Of a stretch of DNA of 64,000 bases, positions 56,417 through 64,000 are shown one piece after another. Positions within the stretch are counted from its first letter, which is position 1, and each line of letters starts with the position of its first letter. A program made the translations under genes and the position numbers. The notes below the pieces were generated by a model. It was not told the DNA's origin and did not search any database. It saw only the letters and a program-made list of their open reading frames with translations. The stretch comes from an uncultured Gammaproteobacteria bacterium (GTDB taxonomy: Bacteria; Patescibacteriota; Microgenomatia; 0-14-0-10-38-17): contig CAYGEH010000001.1 of the NCBI GenBank assembly GCA_964348895.1, positions 453,586-517,585 of the forward strand, in the 5' to 3' direction.

Positions 56417-56791
56417 ATGATTTTAATAGAAATAAAGATTAATGCCAACTATCGCCTTAATAGGCCTGGATTGAAAAAAAAAATTAATCTCTATTTAAGC
56501 AGAACAGGGATAGAGGAAGTAGAGCTGAGTTTGGCTTTTGTTGGCAAGAGAAAAATGCGCCAACTAAATCAAGTCTATCGGGATTTTGATGGAGTTTCTG
56601 ATGTTTTGGCTTTTCCTCAGAAAGAGGGACGAACCCCAGAAGGAAGATTAATTTTGGGAGACATTGTGGTTTGCTATCCTTGTGCGCAAAAAGAAGCGAT
56701 TGATTATCAAGAATCAATCGACAAAGTGATTTGGGATTTTGTTGACCATGGATTAACCCGGCTAGTGGAAGAGAATGAGAAGAAAGAATAG
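56417..56791 (+). CDS. ybeY: YbeY-family rRNA maturation factor homolog with a degenerate metal-binding His triad
   Basis: 'LNQVYRDFDGVSDVLAFPQ' and 'ILGDIVVCYPCAQKEA' align to YbeY. Where the H-x3-H-x5-H motif should be, the sequence reads 'DHGLTRLVEEN', so only the first His is present. Confidence 0.65.
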   Translation: MILIEIKINANYRLNRPGLKKKINLYLSRTGIEEVELSLAFVGKRKMRQLNQVYRDFDGVSDVLAFPQKEGRTPEGRLILGDIVVCYPCAQKEAIDYQESIDKVIWDFVDHGLTRLVEENEKKE

Positions 56792-56917
56792 TTGGTTTTT
56801 TGTAAGAACCCTAAAGGTTAGATTTAACTTTTTTTCAGTATTTTCGTTTATTTGTTGATATCAATATGTTAAATGGACAAATTAAAAATTAATAAAATTT
56901 AGATTAATCCTTAGAGC

Positions 56918-58498
56918 GTGACTTTTTACTTAAAATATCGTCCCAAAAAAATAGCCGACATTGACTTGGTCGAAGCCCGAGAGGTCTTGACTAAATTTTT
57001 GGCCTCAAGCTCTTTTCCTCATGCTGTTTTACTATCTGGCCCCAAGGGAATTGGTAAAACTTCAGTTGCACGAATTATTGCCAAAAGTCTTAATTGTCAA
57101 GAAAAGGTTCAGATGCAAACAGAGCCCTGCGGCGAATGTCCATTTTGCCTAGAGATTGACAGAGGATCTTTCTTAGATGTTTTAGAAATTGATGCTGCCT
57201 CTAATCGAGGTATAGATAGCATTCGTCAGCTTAAGGAGGGAGTCAGTTTGGCGCCGGTAAAAGGAAAGATTAAAATATATATTATTGATGAAGTTCATAT
57301 GTTAACCAGTGAAGCCTTTAATGCTCTTTTAAAAACACTGGAAGAGCCACCCGAAAGAGTTGTTTTTTTGCTCTGCACCACTAATCCAGAAAAAATTCCC
57401 CAAACAATTCTGTCTCGCTGTTTGAGAATTAATTTTCGCAAAGCTAGCAACAAAGAAATCGTTCAATCTCTAAGGCGAGTGGTTGAAAGAGAAAAATTAA
57501 AAATAGAAAATAGTCAGGTTTTAGAGGTTATTGCCCAAAATGTTGATGGAAGCTTTCGCGACGGCCAAAAACTTCTTGAAGAATTGTCTTTTGGAGTAAA
57601 CAAAATTACCCTAGAGGGGGTTAACAAAATTATTGGCAGGCAGGCGTTCCTTGATCCAGCTAGGCTTTTAACCTTGCTGTCAAAGAACGAACTATTTCTA
57701 GCCCTAGAAGAAGTTAATCGCCTGGAGGAAGAGGGGGTTGATTGGTCGTTTTATTTAAAAAATCTTTTAGAACTTCTAAGAAGATTACTTCATGGAACTT
57801 GGGGTTTAGCAGATGGAGAAAAAGGAGAATTTTTGACCGATCAACTTCTTGCTTGGGTAGAAGCTTTTTCTCGGGCGGCCAGAGAGGTTAAGACCTCATC
57901 CCTACCAGTTTTGGCGATGGAGCTAGCAATCAGCAGGATGATTAGTCAAAAAACTCTTGTAGACAGCGATAGTAATTTAGGGAAAAACAAAGAAAACAGA
58001 GACCAAGACCAGGACAAAACGACTAATCCTGTTCTGACTAAAAACCTACAACAAGATAAAGAAAAAGCTGAGTCAAGCGCTATTTCCGAGGCGAAAAAAA
58101 TCAAAAAATTAAAAAAAAATTCACCTAAGCTATCAATTAGTGAAGAGCAATGGCAAATGCTTTTGAAAAAAATTAAGACTAAAAATCATTCTCTAGAAGC
58201 TTTTTTGAAAGCGGCCTATCCAATTTCTTTTGAAGCCGACAGGTTAACCCTGGGGGTTTATTATAAGTTTCACAAAGAGTGTTTGGAAAAAGAAGCTAAT
58301 CGTCGTATTGTTGAAGCAACAGCAGAGGAGATTTTGAGCTGTCAAGTTAGTCTTTTCTGTCGCCTAGAGGAAAGACCGCTGAGAGCAATTGTGAAAACAA
58401 AAGAAAACGAGAACAGCCAAGCAAATTTGTCGGAAAAATCAAAAGATGATTATGTGTACGATGCGGCCAAAGAAATTTTTGGAGGTGATGAACAATGA
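56918..58498 (+). CDS. dnaX: DNA polymerase III subunit gamma/tau
   Basis: 'KYRPKKIADI', Walker A 'GPKGIGKTSVARI', a zinc module 'CQEKVQMQTEPCGECPFC' and an SRC arginine region. GTG start. Confidence 0.85.
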   Translation: MTFYLKYRPKKIADIDLVEAREVLTKFLASSSFPHAVLLSGPKGIGKTSVARIIAKSLNCQEKVQMQTEPCGECPFCLEIDRGSFLDVLEIDAASNRGIDSIRQLKEGVSLAPVKGKIKIYIIDEVHMLTSEAFNALLKTLEEPPERVVFLLCTTNPEKIPQTILSRCLRINFRKASNKEIVQSLRRVVEREKLKIENSQVLEVIAQNVDGSFRDGQKLLEELSFGVNKITLEGVNKIIGRQAFLDPARLLTLLSKNELFLALEEVNRLEEEGVDWSFYLKNLLELLRRLLHGTWGLADGEKGEFLTDQLLAWVEAFSRAAREVKTSSLPVLAMELAISRMISQKTLVDSDSNLGKNKENRDQDQDKTTNPVLTKNLQQDKEKAESSAISEAKKIKKLKKNSPKLSISEEQWQMLLKKIKTKNHSLEAFLKAAYPISFEADRLTLGVYYKFHKECLEKEANRRIVEATAEEILSCQVSLFCRLEERPLRAIVKTKENENSQANLSEKSKDDYVYDAAKEIFGGDEQ

Positions 58499-58734
58499 TT
58501 GATATGGGTTTATTAAAACAATTGGGAGATTTAAGAAAAATGCAAAAAGAAGTGTCTCGGCAAAAAGTTACTATTGAAAGCGAGGGAGTAAAGGTGACTA
58601 TTACTGGAGAGCAAAAAATTAAAGAGTTAGACTTTGCTGAGGGTGTTGCTCCAAAAATAGTAGCAAAAGTGATTAATCAAGCCTTTGATCGGCTAAAAAA
58701 ACGTCTAGCTAAAAATTTAATGGCAAACAGATGA
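58495..58734 (+). CDS. ybaB: YbaB/EbfC nucleoid-associated protein (short, 79 aa)
   Basis: Conserved position between dnaX and recR, and a 'LKQLGDLRKMQKE...VKVTITGEQKI' pattern. Confidence 0.65.
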   Translation: MIDMGLLKQLGDLRKMQKEVSRQKVTIESEGVKVTITGEQKIKELDFAEGVAPKIVAKVINQAFDRLKKRLAKNLMANR

Positions 58735-59348
58735 AGCTACCAAAAGCCCTAGAAGAATTGATCAACTCTCTTGAACAACTGCCTGGTGTTGGTCCCAAAA
58801 CTGCTGCTCGATTAACGTTTTATCTACTCCATACTCCTCAGGAGTACCTAGATCGTTTTGGCCAGGCGGTAATTAACCTTAAAAAAAACACCAGTGAATG
58901 CTCTTTATGTCACAACATTGGGTCCAGCGATCCTTGTTCTGTTTGTCAGGACTCAAACAGAGACGGAAGGATTATTTGTGTGGTAGAACAACCAATGGAT
59001 TTGCTTTCAATTGAAAAAACGGGCCATTTTAAAGGGCTCTATCATGTTCTTCATGGGGCAATTAATCCGCTACAGTCGATTGGCCCAGAAGAAATTAACA
59101 TTGACAGCCTGTTGACAAGAGTTGTTTCTAGCCCTGAGCTTAAAGAAATAATTTTGGCTACGAACTCTGGCATGGAGGGAGAGGCAACAGCGATGTATCT
59201 TAAGCGAGAATTGATAAAAATTAATCAAAGCAGAGACTTTGGGTTTCGTTTATCTCGGATGGGTCAAGGTCTACCTGTCGGAGCTGACCTAGAGTATGCC
59301 GATGAAGCCACCTTGCGACAAGCTCTTCAGGGAAGGAGAGAGTATTAG
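58731..59348 (+). CDS. recR: Recombination protein RecR
   Basis: N-terminal HhH 'LPGVGPKTAARL', a C4 zinc finger 'CSLCHNIGSSDPCSVC', Toprim 'ICVVEQPMD' and Walker-B-like 'ILATNSGMEGEATAMY'. Confidence 0.9.
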   Translation: MKLPKALEELINSLEQLPGVGPKTAARLTFYLLHTPQEYLDRFGQAVINLKKNTSECSLCHNIGSSDPCSVCQDSNRDGRIICVVEQPMDLLSIEKTGHFKGLYHVLHGAINPLQSIGPEEINIDSLLTRVVSSPELKEIILATNSGMEGEATAMYLKRELIKINQSRDFGFRLSRMGQGLPVGADLEYADEATLRQALQGRREY

Positions 59349-59362
59349 TTTTTTATAAGCAA

Positions 59363-59836
59363 ATGAATCAACCCAGGACGAATTCAAACAAAAAGCCGAT
59401 AAGTCCAGGAAATATAGCAAGCTTTTTCCGTGAAGAATTGGAGGAGATTGCAAGAGAGGTTGGTAATCAAACTGAAATTTTAGGAAAGAGTTTGGTGACA
59501 GAACTGCCACCCTCTCCAAAAGGCGATACCAGTAATGGAGTTGAGGCAAGAGAAAGAGAAGAAGAGGAAGGTCGGAAACAAAGAATATCAAAAACCAGAG
59601 ATCTTTTATTTGGAATAAAAGAAAGAACTGCTTGTTCAAGAAAAGTCATTGAGCAAGAACGACAAGAGCAGGCTCAAAAACGAGACCCAGTTGTTGAGGG
59701 AATAGGCGAGAAAGAGTCTAGCGGAGAAATTGCTGGGGAGAGCGTGAAACCGCTTCCGCCGCCCCAAACAACTAGTCGGCCAGGAAGAGGTTTGCCGATG
59801 GCGACTGGTGAACCAGAAAAAAGACAAAAAAGATAA
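59363..59836 (+). CDS. Hypothetical charged (E/R/K-rich) low-complexity protein
   Basis: An ORF that fills the recR-cysS gap. It has no recognisable domain and may not be a real gene. Confidence 0.3.
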   Translation: MNQPRTNSNKKPISPGNIASFFREELEEIAREVGNQTEILGKSLVTELPPSPKGDTSNGVEAREREEEEGRKQRISKTRDLLFGIKERTACSRKVIEQERQEQAQKRDPVVEGIGEKESSGEIAGESVKPLPPPQTTSRPGRGLPMATGEPEKRQKR

Positions 59837-59887
59837 AAAAACACCTTCTTAGATCCCAAGCTTGATGACGATGATATACTAAAGACG

Positions 59888-61369
59888 ATGAAAAAGAAAA
59901 CAAAAAAACTTTTTTTGTTCAACAGTTTAACCAGAAAAAAAGAACTTTTTAGCCCCATTCTTTCTTCTAGAGTAAAAATCTACAGTTGTGGTCCAACCGT
60001 TTATGGGCACACTCATTTGGGACACATGCGCACCTACACTAATACTGACGTTCTCTTAAGGGTTTTAAAATATTGTGGTTATCAACCCTATCAGATAATG
60101 AACATTACCGACGTTGGTCATTTAACTGGTGATCGAGATTCTGGTGAAGACAAACTAGAGAAAGCAGCCAGAGAAGAAAAGCTAGATGCTTGGCAATTAT
60201 CAAAAAAATATGCCAAGGAATTTTTTGAAGCGATGGCAAGATTAAACATTTCAAAGCCAAAAGCAACTCCTAGGGCGACGGAAAATATTGAGGAAATGAT
60301 TCTCTTGATTAAGAAACTAGAAGATAAAGGTTTTGCCTACCGGACCGCTGATGGAATTTATTTTGATACCAGCAAGGTTTCTGGTTACGGAAGACTAGCT
60401 AATGTTTCTTTAGCTGATCTAGAAGAAGGGGCAAGGGTTGAAAAAAATCTACAAAAGAGAAACCCAACCGATTTTGCTTTATGGAAATTTAGCCCAAAAG
60501 GAAGTAATCGACAAATGGAGTGGTCTAGTCCTTGGAGCAAAAAAGGTTTTCCTGGTTGGCACTTAGAGTGTTCGGTAATGGCAATGAAATATTTATCAAA
60601 TTGTTTTTCTGGAAAAAAATTTTTGCCCAAGCGGTTTAAAACTATTGATATTCATAGTGGGGGAATAGAGCATATTAATGTTCATCACACCAACGAGATT
60701 GCCCAAACAGAGGCGTCTACCGGAAAAAAGTTTGCTAACTATTGGGTTCATTATAATTGGCTTCAGGTTGAGGGCAGAAAAATGAGCAAATCCTTGAATA
60801 ATTTTTTTTATCAAAAAGATTTAATCAAGAGGGGATATGAAGATTTTATGCCATTAAGATATCTATTTTTGGGGACTCACTATCGAAAAAAAATGAATTT
60901 TACCTGGACAGCCTTAAAACAAGCCAAGGAAAACTACTGGGGAATAATTGATCTTCTTGAAAAGAATGAAACAGAAGGGGATCAAGAAGAAAAACAAGAT
61001 CAAGAAAACAAGGTGAAAAATTATCTTAATGATTTTGAAGAGGCAATAACAACCGATCTTAATCTTCCTCAGGCCTTAGCGGTGTTTCATCAAGTTTTAA
61101 AAAACAAAAGCCTGACCAACAAAGCTCGTTGGAAATTGTTAAACTGTTTTGATCAAGTTTTTGGGCTAAGACTGAAAGAGCAAGTTGCTTTAATAAAGAA
61201 AGGAAAAAGAAACATTTCGACCGAAATTAAAAAACTAGTCGAAGACAGGGAACAAAGTCGTCGAGAAAAAAATTGGCCAAAGGCGGATGAGTTTAGAATT
61301 AGGCTCGAAAAAATGGGTTATTTAATAGAAGATACTCCTTCTGGGCCTAAGGTTATTTCCAAAAAATGA
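59888..61369 (+). CDS. cysS: Cysteinyl-tRNA synthetase
   Basis: HIGH 'GHTHLGHMRTY', zinc-site Cys residues and 'KMSKSLNN'. Confidence 0.9.
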   Translation: MKKKTKKLFLFNSLTRKKELFSPILSSRVKIYSCGPTVYGHTHLGHMRTYTNTDVLLRVLKYCGYQPYQIMNITDVGHLTGDRDSGEDKLEKAAREEKLDAWQLSKKYAKEFFEAMARLNISKPKATPRATENIEEMILLIKKLEDKGFAYRTADGIYFDTSKVSGYGRLANVSLADLEEGARVEKNLQKRNPTDFALWKFSPKGSNRQMEWSSPWSKKGFPGWHLECSVMAMKYLSNCFSGKKFLPKRFKTIDIHSGGIEHINVHHTNEIAQTEASTGKKFANYWVHYNWLQVEGRKMSKSLNNFFYQKDLIKRGYEDFMPLRYLFLGTHYRKKMNFTWTALKQAKENYWGIIDLLEKNETEGDQEEKQDQENKVKNYLNDFEEAITTDLNLPQALAVFHQVLKNKSLTNKARWKLLNCFDQVFGLRLKEQVALIKKGKRNISTEIKKLVEDREQSRREKNWPKADEFRIRLEKMGYLIEDTPSGPKVISKK

Positions 61370-62088
61370 TCACCACCCCCATCAATGGTCCAGAGTTAAT
61401 TTATCAAGATGAGGATTTGTTGGCACTCAACAAACCACCCCTTTGGATTGTTAATAGAGCTAAAACTACTTTAAAAAAAGTCACGATTCAAGACTGGTTG
61501 GAAAAAAATTTTTATTTTGAAACAATCAAAAAGAAAAACCTTAGAGCCGGCATAGTTCATCGATTAGATAAAGACACTAGTGGAATTTTACTAGTTGCCA
61601 AAACAGAAGAGGTTTTAATTAAACTTCAAGAGCAATTTTTTAATCGTCAAGTCGAAAAAAAATATTTAGCTTTAGTTCACGATATTTTACCTGAAGAAGG
61701 GGAGATTAATGCTCCAGTTAGTCGATTGCCTTGGGATCGGGAAAAATTTGGAGTAACCCTCGGGGGTAAAAAGTCACAAACAAGCTTTTGTCGAAAGGGA
61801 GTTTACCAAAAAGGAGGAGAGAAATATTCTTTAGTTTTGGTTTTCCCTAAAACTGGTCGAACCCATCAAATTAGAGTCCATTTTCGCTATTTAGGCTATC
61901 CAATTGTGGCTGATCAAGCTTATGTTGGTCGAAAACGTTTTAAAAAAGACCAGGCCTGGTGTTCAAGAATTTTTCTTCATGCCGCAGCGCTTTCTTTTAT
62001 TCATCCCAGAAGAAAAGAAAGGATGGAGCTTGAAGTTCCTCTTCCTAAAGACCTTTCTTCCGCTTTAGAAACAATGAAAAAGATTTAA
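61366..62088 (+). CDS. RluA-family pseudouridine synthase
   Basis: Catalytic 'HRLDKDTSGILLVAK'; 240 aa. Confidence 0.85.
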   Translation: MITTPINGPELIYQDEDLLALNKPPLWIVNRAKTTLKKVTIQDWLEKNFYFETIKKKNLRAGIVHRLDKDTSGILLVAKTEEVLIKLQEQFFNRQVEKKYLALVHDILPEEGEINAPVSRLPWDREKFGVTLGGKKSQTSFCRKGVYQKGGEKYSLVLVFPKTGRTHQIRVHFRYLGYPIVADQAYVGRKRFKKDQAWCSRIFLHAAALSFIHPRRKERMELEVPLPKDLSSALETMKKI

Positions 62089-62304
62089 GGGTCTTATTTT
62101 GTTGTTTAAAAGTTAGTCTTCTTAAAAAGTGTATCGGAAAAGATAAACAGGAAAAAACAGAAGAAAGAAATTAATTAAAACAAGAAATTGATTTTTTTAA
62201 TATTTAGCCTGCTTAGTGATAAAATAAAGACAATAACAATGTGAGTAGCAATCCTGTGACAAGCACGAACAGCAACAAATATGGTAAAAAATTAACCCTA
62301 TAAT

Positions 62305-63063
62305 ATGTCGGGACACTCAAAGTGGTCAACCATAAAACATCAGAAAGAAGCCAATGATAAGGCTCGTGGACAAATTTTTTCTAAATTATCTCGAGCAATA
62401 ACTATTGCTATTAGGGAGGGTGGGGGAGAGGTAGACCCCAGTATTAACTATAGATTAAAAGTGGCAATCGATCGAGCCAGAGAGGCTAATATGCCCAAAA
62501 ATAATGTAGATAGGGCAATCGAAAAAGCAACCGGCAAAGAGGCCGATCTACTAAAATCAATTCGCTTTGAAGGTTATGGCCCGTTTGGGGTGGGGCTAAT
62601 TATTGAGGCTATTACTGATAATCGACAAAGAACAGTCCAAGAGATTAAAAATTTAATTGAAAAAGGGGGAGGGTCAATTGCTTCGCCCGGGGCGGTAATT
62701 TACAACTTTTCTCCCAGGGGAAAAATTTTGATTAAAAAAACTTCTGACTATTCAGAGGGTCAGTTGTTGACCTTGATGGACATAGATGGAGTAGAGGATT
62801 TTTTAGAGGAAGAGGGGAGAATCGAAGTTTTTGTCGATAAAGACAAGCTGGTCTCTGTTACCAGTCTAATAAAGGAAAGCGCCCTCGAGGTGGAGTCGTC
62901 TTCTTTAGTGATGGTTCCGAAAACGAAAGTGCCAATTACTAATATTGACCAAGCGACAAGAATTATTAGTTTTATTGAAAAACTAGAGGACCATGACGAT
63001 ATTCAGGCTGTTTTTGCCAATTTTGATGTTCCAATTGAGATTCTAAAACAAGTATCTGATTAA
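62305..63063 (+). CDS. yebC: YebC/PmpR-family transcriptional regulator
   Basis: 'MSGHSKWSTIKHQKEANDKARGQIFSKL' is the family's signature N-terminus. Confidence 0.9.
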   Translation: MSGHSKWSTIKHQKEANDKARGQIFSKLSRAITIAIREGGGEVDPSINYRLKVAIDRAREANMPKNNVDRAIEKATGKEADLLKSIRFEGYGPFGVGLIIEAITDNRQRTVQEIKNLIEKGGGSIASPGAVIYNFSPRGKILIKKTSDYSEGQLLTLMDIDGVEDFLEEEGRIEVFVDKDKLVSVTSLIKESALEVESSSLVMVPKTKVPITNIDQATRIISFIEKLEDHDDIQAVFANFDVPIEILKQVSD

Positions 63064-63078
63064 AATTTCTTCTCTTTT

Positions 63079-63888
63079 ATGACCAATTTGAAAAAAACAG
63101 TCTTATCTCTTTGGTATAACAAAAGGGCCAGATTCTTAGTCAGTGCGGTTATTTTGACAGGCTCATTGCTTTTAACCCAACTAGTTCCTTTTTCTTGGCG
63201 CTATTTTTCTATTTTTGGCTTGTTCTTTTTATCTTTTCTGTTTTCTTTTTGGTCGCTATCAGAGGGAACAGACAGCTGGCCAATAAGGATAATTACAGCA
63301 ATTTTGCCAGGATTCTTTAGTGTTGGAGTAGCAATGTTTTACTTTTTGTTTCCGGAATCACCGGTTTATCAGATTTTTTTGTTGATCTTTTTTGCTTTAG
63401 CTATTTATGTGATTTTTTTAACGGAAAACATTTTTGCTGTTGCTTCAATTAGAACTATTGCCTTGTCACGGGCTGCCCAGACGATTGGTTTTTTAATTAC
63501 TCTACTAACCGCCTTTTTCTGCTATAACACCATTTTTTCTTTTCGCCTTTTGGGTTGGTGGAATGCTTTGTTAGTATTATTAGTTTCCTTTCCTTTATTT
63601 TTTCAGGCCTTTTGGTCAATGAAGTTAACTGAAAAAATAGAAAGTAATATTTTACTCTTTTCTGTAATTTCATCGCTAGTGGTTGGACAATTAGCCTTGA
63701 TAGTGTCTTTTTTTCCGGTTAATGTTTTAACGGGGTCACTTTTTATAACCTGTGCCGCCTATATTTTGATTGGCCTGATTAGTGCTTATTTGGTTGGTCG
63801 TCTTTTCAGGCAAACAATTGGAGAGTACTTGATTGTTGGCGGTCTGATGTTTTTATTTATTTTGCTTACAACTTCTTGGCGAGGTTAG
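63079..63888 (+). CDS. Hypothetical polytopic membrane protein (~8 TM)
   Basis: Hydrophobicity pattern only. Confidence 0.4.
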   Translation: MTNLKKTVLSLWYNKRARFLVSAVILTGSLLLTQLVPFSWRYFSIFGLFFLSFLFSFWSLSEGTDSWPIRIITAILPGFFSVGVAMFYFLFPESPVYQIFLLIFFALAIYVIFLTENIFAVASIRTIALSRAAQTIGFLITLLTAFFCYNTIFSFRLLGWWNALLVLLVSFPLFFQAFWSMKLTEKIESNILLFSVISSLVVGQLALIVSFFPVNVLTGSLFITCAAYILIGLISAYLVGRLFRQTIGEYLIVGGLMFLFILLTTSWRG

Positions 63889-64000
63889 GAAGTAGTGGAT
63901 AATCAAAGCGAAAAGCACTTTGTTTTTTATTTTTTACCAGCTAAAGAGGTTGTTAGTTGACAGACCAAAGAGGGCTTTTTAGACACGGTGTTGTTTGTAT

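Overview
This is a low-GC, gene-dense bacterial chromosome segment, almost all on the + strand, with frequent GTG/TTG starts and short overlapping genes. The style fits a small-genome Patescibacteria/CPR-like organism, but that is an inference. Most of the window is housekeeping: leuS, argS and cysS; ndk; a ribosomal block (rplJ-rplL-secE-nusG-rplK-rplA); rpmB, rpmG and rpsU (the latter two below the ORF-track cutoff); fmt-def; topA; pyrG; a thymidylate/folate cluster (dCMP deaminase, kinase, thyX, tmk, glyA, folD); rpsB-tsf-frr; rseP; yqeY-ybeY; dnaX-ybaB-recR; rluA; and yebC. There are six tRNA genes, two mreB paralogs (one in an mreBCD-PBP2 operon), and competence genes (comEA, a two-ORF comEC, dprA). 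The stand-out feature is a ~13 kb accessory block between a tRNA-Ala/Thr/Thr cluster (23.77-24.10 kb) and rpmG-tRNA-Trp (37.2-37.5 kb). It holds a small excisionase-like HTH gene with a strong promoter, followed by one giant (~3,800-4,000 aa) membrane-anchored multidomain surface protein encoded as two overlapping ORFs joined by a -1 frameshift. The giant protein contains lectin-like jelly-roll domains, a parallel beta-helix, a 15-aa tandem repeat array, coiled-coil-like sequence, a poly-Gly hinge, C-terminal TM helices and two SH3b domains. A CPBP-type membrane protease lies convergent to it. Just downstream are an adjacent cohesin(LPXTG-anchored)/FN3-dockerin gene pair and the relocated rpmG-tRNA-Trp pair. 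Other points: a promoter-driven structured RNA candidate downstream of rplA that I could not classify, an rplJ leader with mutually exclusive terminator/antiterminator hairpins, a YbeY homolog lacking the His triad, and no pyrH in the rpsB-tsf-frr cluster.
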